A stretch of 64,000 nucleotides of DNA from Candidatus Poribacteria bacterium (GTDB lineage Bacteria; Poribacteria; WGA-4E; WGA-3G): NCBI GenBank assembly GCA_965214095.1, contig OZ243938.1, positions 768,001-832,000 of the forward strand, given 5' to 3'. The notes beneath the pieces were generated by a model. It worked only from the letters and a program-made list of their open reading frames with translations. It searched no databases and was not told the origin of the DNA. Positions 50,310-60,867 of the stretch are shown here, piece after piece. Positions within the stretch are counted from its first letter, which is position 1; the number at the start of each line of letters is the position of its first letter. A program made the position numbers and the translations under genes.

Positions 50310-50445
50310 ATACCAATTCTAATAGATAAGGTATCATTGTGCATTTGTAGGTTTATCTTCAATTGCTGAATGTCCGAGGCGCAATGAATTGCGCGACTAC
50401 ATACACCTATTTTGATAATGAGAAGTTTTTATTTAGAATTGGTAT
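50310..50445. mobile_element. MITE-like element containing a family B REP
   Basis: TIRs ATACCAATTCTAA / TTAGAATTGGTAT; internal GAGGCGCAATGAATTGCGCGACTAC (50376-50400). Confidence 0.7.
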
Positions 50446-50503
50446 AAGCAATATTAAATAATAATCTTCCGATTTTTTTTCGGCAGATGATGCCACCGAG
50501 TTC

Positions 50504-50597
50504 GTAGGGGCGCGGGTTCCCCGCCCGCTATCAATGGACAATGTGCAAATTTAATATTGAAACTTGCTTAGTGAAATGTAAAACCCGTGCACACTCC
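50504..50597 (+). repeat. GTAG REP-like unit (50504-50526) and left-end fragment of family A element (50569-50597)
   Basis: GTAGGGGCGCGGGTTCCCCGCCC; TAGTGAAATGTAAAACCCGTGCACACTCC closely matches 1423-1452. Confidence 0.6.
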
Positions 50598-50796
50598 AGC
50601 ATCACGTCCTAAAATAACACCAACCTACGCGAAAACACTCGTATCCGCTTAATCAGAGATTCTGAAGTCTGCACATTAGATAAAGAACTTGAAAAAGAAC
50701 CTTCCCACCTGCTAAAATATACATTATCAACAAACTGTCACAGAAATAAAAAACACCAATATCCATACCACTGTATTTTTCAAAAGAAAACAAATA

Positions 50797-51432
50797 ATGC
50801 TCACAGAAAATCAACAAACTGTCTATGATTGGATAAACGATGAACTTGAACTACCGGTATATGCAGAAGCATATAAAGGAGCAATAGAGCAGCTAAACAA
50901 CAAATCATCTGGTTACATTACTTTTGTATCACACACTGGAAGGGATATTATGAATGGACTTGTTCCAGCTTCGCAACACAATAAGCGGGAGCAGGTTCAG
51001 TACGTCCAACTCGTGGACGAGTTCAATGACGATTGGAAAGATGAGTGGGGAGGAGATGGATTTCATCCACCAGATAACTTTCCAAAAACACATTCAATCC
51101 CTAATGAAATCTGTCAAAAAATAAAACAACTGGTTGATGACCACAAAGAAGGTCGTCTCAGAGCTGAAAAAATAGACAGTTCTTTCTTCACTACTTTTTT
51201 GAATTATGAAAATAAAGAAAGTATTCCAATGGACTTATCCCAGGAATGGCAGCGCGCAAGACTCTGGTTTATAGATCATGCACATCTATTGAATAGGGAT
51301 TTTGAGGAACAGGAAATTGATGAAGTCGAAGAGTACTTTCAATACCTTAATAATCTTTTACATAAAGCTGCAGAAAGTCTTATTGAACAGCTAAGGAGTA
51401 TAGATGAAATCTTGGACAGAGCCAACCGATGA
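50797..51432 (+). CDS. Hypothetical helical protein, possibly HEPN-like
   Basis: 211-aa ORF; AY.GA..L...SH..RDI.N and W......WF...AH patterns. Confidence 0.7.
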   Translation: MLTENQQTVYDWINDELELPVYAEAYKGAIEQLNNKSSGYITFVSHTGRDIMNGLVPASQHNKREQVQYVQLVDEFNDDWKDEWGGDGFHPPDNFPKTHSIPNEICQKIKQLVDDHKEGRLRAEKIDSSFFTTFLNYENKESIPMDLSQEWQRARLWFIDHAHLLNRDFEEQEIDEVEEYFQYLNNLLHKAAESLIEQLRSIDEILDRANR

Positions 51433-54331
51433 AATGGTAAAAGAAGCCTTAGATTCAATTAAGCAAGTAACTACTCGTAAGTATTTTTTCTCTCGTTTGG
51501 AAAATCCTAAGTGGCTCAAACCGCTTGCAGAAAGGAACTGTTTTGTATCACCACCAAAAACCCAACGGTTTGATGATGGAAACATTATATACCCATACTG
51601 GCACGAACTCACATATCTCAAAAACGTGTGCAATGAGAAACCCAATGAAGTTATCAATGTGGTGTTGGATCTTCCTGATACTGATAATCCTGCTATCTAT
51701 GACGGTATATTAGATATTGCCTTGGAACTTCCGGTAGAATACTCCATCAAACTAAAAGACAAAATACTTCACTATGCTGGGATGGAGCAACAATACCAAA
51801 CACATAGATTTGCGGATCTATTGGAGCATTGGATAAAAGAAAATCAAACTAATGCCGCTTATGAACTTGCGAAGATTCTCATTGCCTTTCAACCAGACCC
51901 GAGATCAGAAGAAAAACGGAATCAGCGTGACAATGCTAAAGATTGGCAGGATTTGGGAGGGACATCACTTTATCCTAAATCTAAATACAGACATTGGGAC
52001 TACTCAAACACAATGTCTAAAGGAATTCGTCCTTTTGCTGAAAGGGAACCTTTTAAAGTTGCCTGCCTCCTTTTTGATACTACAAAGGAAATGATTCTAC
52101 TTCGGATGCATCAGAATGAGCATGATAAAGAAGTAGATCATTCTGATGTTTGGTGTCCACGTCTTTATACACAGGATTATCACCACGAAGATCCTGAGAA
52201 AATACTGATTCATACACTGACTTATGCATGTGAGAAAGTATTTGAAAAATCACCCGATAACATTGAAGTTCTAGACCAAATGTTGCGAAAGAGACCTTGG
52301 ACAATTTTCAAACGCATTCGTCAGCATCTTTATGCCAAATACCCAAACGAACAGACTAGGGAGTGGATACGAGAACAAATCTTGACGCACGAGGGATATG
52401 GATCGTGGGAACACCGCTTTGAATTCCAACAGATGATACGATGTGCTTGTGAACATTTCAAAGAAACTTTACTAACGAAGGAAAAACTCACCGATATTCT
52501 TGATAAGATCCTTGATGGTCCATCAAAAGAAAATTATCGTCATTGGGTAGAAAAATGGGTAGGTCAGGAGTTCACCAAAGAGAGATACCAAGAACGTCAG
52601 CAACAATTCCATTGGATTCAACTAAAACCATTTGAATCTGTGCTATTCGGGGAATATGAAACTCGTTTCAATGAACTCCAGGTTAAATTCAACAAACCAA
52701 TCTCTGACGATGACTATCCCCTTTTTAAAGATAAATTTAAGACTGAAGAAGAATCTGAAAACAGACGACACAAACCAGAAGACCTTTCTAATCTCCCAGA
52801 TGAGGAAATACTTGAATTCATAAATGGGTGGGAAAAGAGTGAAGAATATAGTGGACAGAACTCTAATGAAGAAATTACCATTGAAAAACTTGCCGATGCT
52901 TTTCAAGCCGTCTTCAAAGATACCATCATGCCTGACCCTAACAGATTAAAGTTTTGGATGACAAACCGTGAACAGATTGAGAGACCTATCTACGTGCGTA
53001 TGATGATTTATGCAATGGAAGCACAGGTAAAAGAAAGGAACTTCAAACAACTCAAACAGTGGTTCACATTCTGCGAATGGGTGCTTTCACATCCAGACCA
53101 ACCGCACGAGACAGACTATTATCAAGGTGATGAATCTCAACAGGATAAGAACTGGTCTAACGCTCAACGTGCTGCTGGCGACTTTATCGGTGTATGTTTG
53201 ACAAAGGATGTTGATGTTCCTATTTCCGCAAGAAAAAAGTTAGCCAAACTACTGGATATGCTTTGCACCCAATATGACTGGAACCTGGATAACAACCTTT
53301 CAAGTAGATTAGACCGTAATGATCCGCTTATAGAAGGCATCAATAATACGCGAAGCAAAGCACTGGAAAGTCTTTTCAGATTTGGTATTTGGCTACAAAG
53401 ACATGAACCCGATTGTGAAGTTCCCGAAATAACAACGATTCTTGAAAAACGTTTCTCATCTGAATGTGCCTTCCCTTTGACATTGCCAGAGTATGCTATT
53501 TTGGGCAAGTATTATCCTACGATTTACAATTTCAATAAGAAATGGACAAAAAAACATAAATCAGATTTCTTTCCACAAAACAAACACGCAGAATGGGTTG
53601 CGGCATTTAGCAGTTTTTTCCTATGTAATGGTGTATATAAACCAATCTTTGAGATTTTAAATGACGACTTTATTATTGCCTTACAATATTTGTCAGATTT
53701 CAAAAAACATGACATGATATCACGGCACCCAGTTGATGTTTTCGGTGAACGCCTTTTTCACTATTATTTATTGGGAATGTTCCCACTTAAAGGACCAGAA
53801 AGTCTACTTGAACAGTTTTACTTGAATACTGAAAATGAGCCAGAACATCAGGCGAATGTGTTCAAGATAATCGGTGATCGCTTGGTGAGCACTGGAAAAG
53901 ATTTAGACCCAAAGATGAAAGACAAGGTAAAGTCATTCTTTAAATGGCGGCTTAGACAGTCAGAACCATCAGAACTCAAATATTTTACTGTTTGGTTAAG
54001 AGCGAAGTGTTTGGGAACTAAATGGAAACTGAAGTCGTATTCCAAAGTCATAGATGTTTGCGATGGTGATATAGACAATTGGGAAATATATCTAAGAGAG
54101 TTATGTGAAATGCTTCCAAACCACACCGCCAAGGTCGTTGAATGCTTTGCAAAACTTACCGATGGTATTCCTAATAGCAACATCTACATTCCACCAGAAG
54201 AAGCAAAGGCTATTCTAAAAGCGGGTTGTAACAGCACTGATACAGCCGTTATTGAGAATGCTAATCGTGCTGTTAAAAACCTACTCCTAGCTGATAAAAT
54301 GGAATTTATGGAGTTTGTGATGGTAACCTAA
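51404..54331 (+). CDS. Large hypothetical alpha-helical protein (975 aa)
   Basis: Own RBS AAGGAG 5 nt before ATG; YFFSRLENPKWLKPL N-terminal motif; no recognisable Walker motif. Confidence 0.85.
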   Translation: MKSWTEPTDEMVKEALDSIKQVTTRKYFFSRLENPKWLKPLAERNCFVSPPKTQRFDDGNIIYPYWHELTYLKNVCNEKPNEVINVVLDLPDTDNPAIYDGILDIALELPVEYSIKLKDKILHYAGMEQQYQTHRFADLLEHWIKENQTNAAYELAKILIAFQPDPRSEEKRNQRDNAKDWQDLGGTSLYPKSKYRHWDYSNTMSKGIRPFAEREPFKVACLLFDTTKEMILLRMHQNEHDKEVDHSDVWCPRLYTQDYHHEDPEKILIHTLTYACEKVFEKSPDNIEVLDQMLRKRPWTIFKRIRQHLYAKYPNEQTREWIREQILTHEGYGSWEHRFEFQQMIRCACEHFKETLLTKEKLTDILDKILDGPSKENYRHWVEKWVGQEFTKERYQERQQQFHWIQLKPFESVLFGEYETRFNELQVKFNKPISDDDYPLFKDKFKTEEESENRRHKPEDLSNLPDEEILEFINGWEKSEEYSGQNSNEEITIEKLADAFQAVFKDTIMPDPNRLKFWMTNREQIERPIYVRMMIYAMEAQVKERNFKQLKQWFTFCEWVLSHPDQPHETDYYQGDESQQDKNWSNAQRAAGDFIGVCLTKDVDVPISARKKLAKLLDMLCTQYDWNLDNNLSSRLDRNDPLIEGINNTRSKALESLFRFGIWLQRHEPDCEVPEITTILEKRFSSECAFPLTLPEYAILGKYYPTIYNFNKKWTKKHKSDFFPQNKHAEWVAAFSSFFLCNGVYKPIFEILNDDFIIALQYLSDFKKHDMISRHPVDVFGERLFHYYLLGMFPLKGPESLLEQFYLNTENEPEHQANVFKIIGDRLVSTGKDLDPKMKDKVKSFFKWRLRQSEPSELKYFTVWLRAKCLGTKWKLKSYSKVIDVCDGDIDNWEIYLRELCEMLPNHTAKVVECFAKLTDGIPNSNIYIPPEEAKAILKAGCNSTDTAVIENANRAVKNLLLADKMEFMEFVMVT

Positions 54332-54387
54332 TCAATAAAGCATCTTTATACTCCAAATCTTCAAGAACTGAACATGAGGAATTAAAA

Positions 54388-54537
54388 ATGCCATACTGTT
54401 ACGTCTGTAGGCAATTTACTGATTATGAATATGATATTGCACTTTCCAACGGGGATTTTCTACATACCTCCTGTCTAATCAAGCTGCAAATCCGTGAAGA
54501 TGAGATTGAATCTATATTAAAGGTGCTTGACTATTGA
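54388..54537 (+). CDS. 49-aa CxxC...HxxC zinc-finger-like protein (or truncated gene)
   Basis: GAGGA RBS; MPYCYVCRQFTDYEYDIALSNGDFLHTSCLIKLQIREDEIESILKVLDY; below ORF-track cutoff. Confidence 0.55.
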   Translation: MPYCYVCRQFTDYEYDIALSNGDFLHTSCLIKLQIREDEIESILKVLDY

Positions 54538-54630
54538 TCGTGTGTTATAGGATTTAAACGCCACTTCACTCACTGTGGAAACTGTCAATTAACCAATTTA
54601 CCATAGGAATTATAGGTTGAAAGAAACAAA

Positions 54631-56232
54631 ATGAGACGATTTGGAACACAAGGTCCAGTTTATCCAGAAAAGCACTATGTCGTCAGTCGCAAGACAGAAC
54701 TAGATGATTTCATTGCGCGTATCAAAGATGGCAGGTATATCGTCATCTTTGCACCACGACAGACCGGAAAGACAACATTTTTTCGCAACGCACTTGAAGA
54801 AATAGCTGACAATGAACCAACTTATTTCCCAATATCCTTGAATTTTGAGGTATATAGGGACTGTTCTATCTCTGTTTTCTACGAAAATCTTCATCTTGAT
54901 ATATGTGAGGAAGTTGAATCCGTTTTGGAAAAAAGAGATGATTCAACCACAGATACACTTCGTCAATTTATGGATGATACAACTATAACTGACAACCTGA
55001 CAATGCAAAGATTCTTTAGGAAATTGGGAGAATATCTGAACACTGAATTTAATGTAAAGAGGGTTGTTCTGATTATTGACGAGTTTGATGGTATTCCAAA
55101 AGAAGTAGTAAAAGCATTTCTACATTCACTCCGTAGGATTTATCTTTCTAATCCAACAGATAGATGTCCCTACAGCGTTGGGATTGTCGGTGTAAAAAAC
55201 ATCGTGCAACTCAACTATGATCGCTCTATCTCTCCATTCAATGTTCAAGACGAATTTTATATTCCAAATTTCTCACTTGAACAAGTGCACGAATTGCTTG
55301 AACAGTACACAGAAGAAGTTGGACAAGAATTTGAATCAGAAGTAATAGAATCTATACATAAGCAAAGCGCGGGGCAACCTTTTCTTGTCAACCGATTAGC
55401 ACAAATATTGACGGATGAATTAGATATACCAAAAACCAAACCAATCACCATGGCTCATTTCACGCAAGCACATAATAAGCTGCTACATGAACGGAATACG
55501 AACATTGACCATCTGACAACAAACATCCGCAGAAATCCCCGTTTTGAAAGCCTCCTCATGAGAATAACTGCTTTTGATGATGGTTTACCTTTCAACCTAC
55601 GTGATGACCAAATCAGCGAACTTGCGACTTTTGGGGTAATAAAGCAAGGCAAAGATGGCATGTGTGAAATCGCAAATCCAATCTATTTCTATTGTATTAT
55701 ACAAACATTCAAACCGACTATAAATGGATTAGAACAGGAATATCTCCCAGAGGACACCCGAGATGGATTTCGGGATTACTTATCTGAGAACGGGAATATA
55801 AACATGCATGAATTGCTTGATAACTTCCGCGATTTCATTGCGCGTGTCGGATTTAGAGTTTTACAGGTACCAGACACGCCTCAAGAATCAGTTGGTCGTC
55901 ATCTACTCCTTGCTTATCTTGAGCAATTCGTTCTACTCGTGGGTGGATTCATGCACATTGAGGTACAAACCGGTCGCGGTAGAATGGATATTTTAATTAC
56001 ACATAATAGGAGAAAATATGTCGTTGAAACCAAAGTGTGGCGGGGTGAAGTAAGTTTTCAAAAAGGTAAACGCCAACTTGCATCATATCTCAGATCTGAA
56101 GGTGCCAATGAAGGATATTATGTAGTTTTTGATCATCGCACAAAACCAGTACATATTACCGAAAACAGCACTGTAGAAGGATTTGACATTAGAAGTTATG
56201 TAATACCTGTGATTCAACAAAAGCATACTTGA
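54631..56232 (+). CDS. AAA-like ATPase with C-terminal PD-(D/E)XK nuclease domain
   Basis: APRQTGKTT, LIIDEFD, SPFN, GQPFLVN; C-terminal E...GRGRMDI...VVETK...QL..Y. Confidence 0.88.
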   Translation: MRRFGTQGPVYPEKHYVVSRKTELDDFIARIKDGRYIVIFAPRQTGKTTFFRNALEEIADNEPTYFPISLNFEVYRDCSISVFYENLHLDICEEVESVLEKRDDSTTDTLRQFMDDTTITDNLTMQRFFRKLGEYLNTEFNVKRVVLIIDEFDGIPKEVVKAFLHSLRRIYLSNPTDRCPYSVGIVGVKNIVQLNYDRSISPFNVQDEFYIPNFSLEQVHELLEQYTEEVGQEFESEVIESIHKQSAGQPFLVNRLAQILTDELDIPKTKPITMAHFTQAHNKLLHERNTNIDHLTTNIRRNPRFESLLMRITAFDDGLPFNLRDDQISELATFGVIKQGKDGMCEIANPIYFYCIIQTFKPTINGLEQEYLPEDTRDGFRDYLSENGNINMHELLDNFRDFIARVGFRVLQVPDTPQESVGRHLLLAYLEQFVLLVGGFMHIEVQTGRGRMDILITHNRRKYVVETKVWRGEVSFQKGKRQLASYLRSEGANEGYYVVFDHRTKPVHITENSTVEGFDIRSYVIPVIQQKHT

Positions 56233-56379
56233 AGAAACGCTTATATTTACCATTGTTGGAGAGGTTTCTAACCCCGACTCCTATGACTTCATATATGTGT
56301 GAGAGATTATTGTAGTATTCTTTTAAATTTCCATGCAAAGAAATATACGAAAAAATCAAATCTCAGTACATAAATATAA

Positions 56380-56408
56380 TTGACTTTCATACCACATTTC
56401 GTTATAAT
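56380..56408 (+). promoter_or_regulatory. sigma70-type promoter of TPR gene
   Basis: TTGACT, 17 nt, TATAAT. Confidence 0.6.
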
Positions 56409-56435
56409 CAATTCAAAATCTGTTAGGAAGAGAAT

Positions 56436-56768
56436 ATGCAAACAAAAGAAGAACTATACGACATTGCTTTAACACATTTCGCAGATAATGATCTTGACGC
56501 AGCAGTCAAGACATTTGAAGAACTCATTGAGACATATCCTGACTACATTGAGGGTTATCTCGGATTAGGGCATGCCTATGAGCGACTCAGCAAGTACGAT
56601 GAAGCTATTGAAGCGGTGCAAAAAGCGATTGAAATCAACCCGAATGATCCACTCGCATATACAAGTTTATCCATCTGTTTCCAACGCAAAGGCATGATTC
56701 AGGAAGCTGAAGATGCAATGGCAAAATCGCAAGAGATTCAAATGAAAACAAATGATGAAGTGCCTTAG
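56436..56768 (+). CDS. Small TPR protein
   Basis: TPR repeats (YLGLGHAY...EAIEA.QKAIEINP). Confidence 0.9.
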   Translation: MQTKEELYDIALTHFADNDLDAAVKTFEELIETYPDYIEGYLGLGHAYERLSKYDEAIEAVQKAIEINPNDPLAYTSLSICFQRKGMIQEAEDAMAKSQEIQMKTNDEVP

Positions 56769-56896
56769 TTAACAATCTCACTGCTTTAGTTGTGGTGTTC
56801 GGTCAAACAGGTGGCAATAAAGTGGATGTGGATGGCGATGGCGTTGTCAATATCAAAGATCTCGTCTTGGTAGCCGCTGCGTTTGGGAGGAGTTAG
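56768..56896 (+). pseudogene. Dockerin type I (EF-hand-like) repeat remnant
   Basis: Translates as ...FGQTGGNKVDVDGDGVVNIKDLVLVAAAFGRS*; no convincing start or RBS. Confidence 0.65.
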
Positions 56897-56897
56897 T

Positions 56898-57419
56898 ATG
56901 AGAATTAATTTATTGTCCCGCACATTGTCTATCGTGCTTCTAATCACGATAATAACATTTGTCCGACATAGTGCCGCACTCGCTCAACAACAGACCTCTG
57001 ACAGTGCTCTGGCGGTGTTAGATGCTCAACGAGATGCTAAAGATGATGTGAATATTACGTTATGGGCAATTGTTGGTTTAATAAGTGCTCCCAGTTGCAC
57101 ATTAGTGGGCATCATCACTGGATTAAGTATCGGTATTCCACCACCTTCACAATCCCATGATGATGAGGGGATGCATCTTCCCGTAGACAAAGTAATAAAA
57201 GGGGCATGCATTGGTTCAATAGTTGGTTGGTCAGTTCCACTCATCCCAATATCCACGTATAAGTTAGGTCCAGCACCCCAACGCCTCATCGGAAAGTCCC
57301 CTGAATATGTCTACAGGTACACGAAAACTTACAAGTCAAAGCTTAGACAACTTAGAATTAAATCGGCAGCAAGTGGGGCTTGTGCTGGATGTTTCCTTTT
57401 GACCGTATTTACACGGTAG
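56898..57419 (+). CDS. Hypothetical membrane/secreted protein, paralog of 49513-50022
   Basis: GGGAGGAG RBS, signal peptide, AQRDAKDD, PQRLIGKSPEYV..YTKTY. Confidence 0.75.
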   Translation: MRINLLSRTLSIVLLITIITFVRHSAALAQQQTSDSALAVLDAQRDAKDDVNITLWAIVGLISAPSCTLVGIITGLSIGIPPPSQSHDDEGMHLPVDKVIKGACIGSIVGWSVPLIPISTYKLGPAPQRLIGKSPEYVYRYTKTYKSKLRQLRIKSAASGACAGCFLLTVFTR

Positions 57420-57463
57420 CTCATTTAAGTAAATGATAAGGATGTCGTAAAATAGGATTGACT

Positions 57464-57991
57464 ATGGAAAATTATACCTTATTAAATCCCACTTCTCAAG
57501 GCGAGACAGCAGAGAAATTCCTCGCACCACGTCTTGAGAATCTTGACGGTAAAGTAATGGGATTACTTGACATAACAAAAAACGGAAGCGATGTATTCCT
57601 TGACCGTGTCGAAGAATTGATACGTGAACGTTTTAATATTACTGATGTCGTACGTGTCAAGAAACCTACATTCTCTCGTCCCGCTCCGACTGAATTACTG
57701 ATTAACCTTGCGGAACAAGTTGATTTCGTTGTTGAAGGTCTTGCTGACTGAGGGTCCTGCATTTCGTGCAGTATGCACGATGGTAGTGTTTTAGAGGAAC
57801 GCGGTGTCCCAAGTGTAGCGGTGTGTACAGAGGTGTTTTTCTCTGCTGGAAAAGTTCAGGCACGCGTACTTGGCTATAGTGACTTAGAACCGCTCACCGT
57901 TGAACATCCAATTCAAAGTCTTACAAAGGAGCAAATTCGCATTCGTGCTGATGGCATTGTTGACAAAATAGTAGATCGGTTAACGCAATAG
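57464..57991 (+). CDS. UGSC-family selenoprotein (Sec at TGA 57749-57751)
   Basis: ORFs 57458-57751 and 57773-57991 are in frame; readthrough gives GLAD-U-GSCISCSMHD; SECIS-like hairpin follows. Confidence 0.88.
57760..57782 (+). promoter_or_regulatory. Putative bacterial SECIS element
   Basis: CA(UU)UCGUGCA-GUA-UGCACGA-UG; apical loop starts with G, 19 nt after the UGA. Confidence 0.7.
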
Positions 57992-58004
57992 CGTTTTGAG
58001 AATC

Positions 58005-58044
58005 TCAGACACATTCAGGCAAACAGAATTCTGAATGTGTCTGA
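58005..58044. terminator. Hairpin between convergent selenoprotein gene and clpB
   Basis: TCAGACACATTCAG / CTGAATGTGTCTGA. Confidence 0.65.
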
Positions 58045-58054
58045 AATTGGAAAG

Positions 58055-60643
58055 TCATTCATTTTCTATACTGAAGACAAACACATCATCTGCGTAATCC
58101 ACGACAATTGCATCACCATCGTGAAACTTACCTTCAAGCATATCGATTGCTAATGGGTTTAGAATATCGCGCTGAATTGTGCGGCGAAGTGGTCTGGCAC
58201 CATAGACAGAATCAAAACCACGATTCACCAATTCTGCTTTCGCTGAATCTGTAAGCGTGAGTGTCATATCCTTTTCAGCGAATCGGACACTCAGTTTAGA
58301 AAGTTCCAATGACACAATCTCTTTCAATTCTTCAACACCAAGGCGATCAAAGATAATCAAGTCATCCACACGATTGAGGAATTCAGGTGGAAAATGTGTT
58401 TGCAGAGCATCCATTACCTTACTACGGATTTCTTCTTTTGTCAGATGAGTATCACTAATCCACTGACTTCCGATGTTTGATGTCATAATGACAACCGTAT
58501 TCTTGAAGTCTACATTTCGTCCCTGTCCATCAGTCATTCTGCCATCATCAAGCATCTGAAGAAGCACATTAAAAACTTCAGGATGTGCTTTCTCAACTTC
58601 ATCAAGAAGGATAACACAATATGGATGTCGTCTAACCGCTTCAGTTAACTGTCCACCTTCATCATATCCAACATAACCGGGTGGGGCACCAATGAGTCTT
58701 GATACAGTGTGCTTCTCCATATATTCACTCATGTCTATACGAATCAAGGCATTGACATCATCAAATAGAAACTCCGCAAGAGACTTTGCAAGATGTGTTT
58801 TTCCAACTCCCGTAGGTCCCATAAATAGAAATGAACCGAGAGGACGATCCGGATCTCCAAGCCCCACTCGTGATCTTCGAATTGCATTGGATACTGCCGA
58901 AACAGGTTCATCTTGACCTATCACCTGTTCTCGCAACCTTTCCTCCATCTGTAGTAATTTCTGTGTCTCACCTTCCATCAGTCTGTAGACAGGAATACCT
59001 GTCCATTTAGCGACAATCTCCGCTATATCCTCCGCACTTACCCGTTCCTTTAACAAGTGTGTACCGTTTCCATTCGCTTCTAATTCTTCTCGCAGAGAAT
59101 TGAGTTGTGCTTCAAGTTCAGGTATTTTACCGTATTCAATTTCGGAAGCAGTCGCAAGATTACCAGTACGTTTGGCTTGTTCTGATTCAATACGAAGTGA
59201 CTCCATCTGTTCCATGAACTCACGCATCTGCATCAGATCTGCTTTTTCGTTCTGCCATCCAGCTTTAAGTGCATTGACCTTTTCTTTTAACTCAGCAAGT
59301 TCAAGATTTAACTTTTCTAATCGTTGTTTTGAAACGTCATCATCCTCTTTTTCCAACGCTTGTTGTTCAATCTGAAGTTGGATGATACGGCGTTCAACTT
59401 CATCAATCACCTCTGGCACACTATCTATCTCAATTCTCAAACGTGATGCAGCTTCATCAACCAAATCAACTGCTTTATCCGGAAGGAAACGGTCTGAGAT
59501 ATAACGTTTTGACAAAGTTGCAGCAGCCACTATAGCATTGTCCTGAATCTGAACACCGTGGTGTGTTTCATATCGTTCCTTCAATCCACGAAGAATGGCA
59601 ATTGTATCCTCCACTGAAGGTTCGTGGACTTGAATAGGTTGGAAACGTCTCTCAAGTGCAGCATCTTTTTCAATATGTTTTCGGTATTCATCAAGTGTAG
59701 TTGCTCCTATACACCTTAATTCACCGCGTGCTAACGCAGGTTTGAGCATATTGGATGCATCCACTGCTCCTTCTGCAGCACCCGCTCCGACAATGGTATG
59801 CAGTTCATCAATAAACAGCACGACTTCACCTGCAGCCTGCTCCACATCAGCGAGTACAGCCTTGAGCCTGTCCTCAAATTCACCACGATATTTGCTGCCT
59901 GCAATAAGTGCACCTATATCAAGTGCGATGAGTCGCTTATGACGTAGACTTTCTGGTACATCACCATCAGCAATACGTTGTGCTAATCCTTCAACAATAG
60001 CGGTTTTCCCAACACCTGGTTCTCCAATAAGTACTGGATTATTTTTCCTTCGTCGTGACAATACTTGCATGACACGTCTGATTTCATCATCCCGTCCAAT
60101 AACCGGATCAAGTTTACCAGACATTGCATCTTGTGTCAGTTCTCTGCCAAATCGTGTCAGTGCTTGGTACTTATCCTCTGGATTTTGATCGGTTATACGC
60201 TGCGTGCCGCGAATATCAACAAGAACCTTAAGTATTTTCTCTTTTGTTGCACCTACATCACGTAGTATTTTACCAACATCGCTTTGCTTTGTTTCTGCAC
60301 AAGAAATCAGTAAATGTTCAGTGCTTACATATTCATCTTTTAAAGTAGAGGCTTCTTTCTGTGCCATCTCAAGTACTGACTGAAGTGCCGATGAGATATG
60401 AATGTCTGTGCTTGCCCCTTGCACTTTTGGCGATTTCTGGATTATTTGCAATAGTGATGAAGTTATTCCTTGAATATCTACACCTAATTTTTGCAATATC
60501 GGTGTAACGATACCATCTGTCTGTTTAATCAAAACAATCAACAGGTGTTCAACACTGAGTTCAGGATTCTGTTGTTCACTCGCTAAGGTTTGTGCCGATT
60601 GTAATGCTTCTTGAACTTTTATTGTAAATCTATCAAGTCTCAT
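58055..60643 (-). CDS. clpB: Chaperone ClpB
   Basis: [17 protein letters not shown], long M-domain coiled coil, [16 protein letters not shown]; AAGGAG before ATG 60643. Confidence 0.97.
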   Translation of the reverse strand: MRLDRFTIKVQEALQSAQTLASEQQNPELSVEHLLIVLIKQTDGIVTPILQKLGVDIQGITSSLLQIIQKSPKVQGASTDIHISSALQSVLEMAQKEASTLKDEYVSTEHLLISCAETKQSDVGKILRDVGATKEKILKVLVDIRGTQRITDQNPEDKYQALTRFGRELTQDAMSGKLDPVIGRDDEIRRVMQVLSRRRKNNPVLIGEPGVGKTAIVEGLAQRIADGDVPESLRHKRLIALDIGALIAGSKYRGEFEDRLKAVLADVEQAAGEVVLFIDELHTIVGAGAAEGAVDASNMLKPALARGELRCIGATTLDEYRKHIEKDAALERRFQPIQVHEPSVEDTIAILRGLKERYETHHGVQIQDNAIVAAATLSKRYISDRFLPDKAVDLVDEAASRLRIEIDSVPEVIDEVERRIIQLQIEQQALEKEDDDVSKQRLEKLNLELAELKEKVNALKAGWQNEKADLMQMREFMEQMESLRIESEQAKRTGNLATASEIEYGKIPELEAQLNSLREELEANGNGTHLLKERVSAEDIAEIVAKWTGIPVYRLMEGETQKLLQMEERLREQVIGQDEPVSAVSNAIRRSRVGLGDPDRPLGSFLFMGPTGVGKTHLAKSLAEFLFDDVNALIRIDMSEYMEKHTVSRLIGAPPGYVGYDEGGQLTEAVRRHPYCVILLDEVEKAHPEVFNVLLQMLDDGRMTDGQGRNVDFKNTVVIMTSNIGSQWISDTHLTKEEIRSKVMDALQTHFPPEFLNRVDDLIIFDRLGVEELKEIVSLELSKLSVRFAEKDMTLTLTDSAKAELVNRGFDSVYGARPLRRTIQRDILNPLAIDMLEGKFHDGDAIVVDYADDVFVFSIENE

Positions 60644-60680
60644 TTTTTTCTCCTTGAACACATCATTTTTAAATACAATC

Positions 60681-60698
60681 AAGCAATAACTGTGCCAA
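60681..60698 (-). promoter_or_regulatory. sigma54 promoter of clpB
   Basis: Minus strand TTGGCACAGTTATTGCTT = TGGCAC-N5-TTGC consensus. Confidence 0.7.
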
Positions 60699-60729
60699 TC
60701 ATATTTGCTGATTCTGGAAAAATTGACAT

Positions 60730-60867
60730 TATAGTGATATGTAAAAATACGTGCACATTCCGCGGTAGATGCGGTTTCCTAACCGCATCTATGAGACAGA
60801 ACAAACACCGGTTCGGTTAGGAAACCGAACCTACCGTCGTGTGTAAATAATTATGGTTTTCACTATA
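60730..60867 (+). mobile_element. MITE-like element family A (third full copy)
   Basis: 138 bp, TATAGTGA...TCACTATA, both REP hairpins identical to the 1421-1558 copy. Confidence 0.85.

Noticed and set aside
51404-51432. Programmed frameshift or sequencing error joining the two ORFs
   Set aside because: Second ORF has its own SD and ATG, and no slippery sequence is evident
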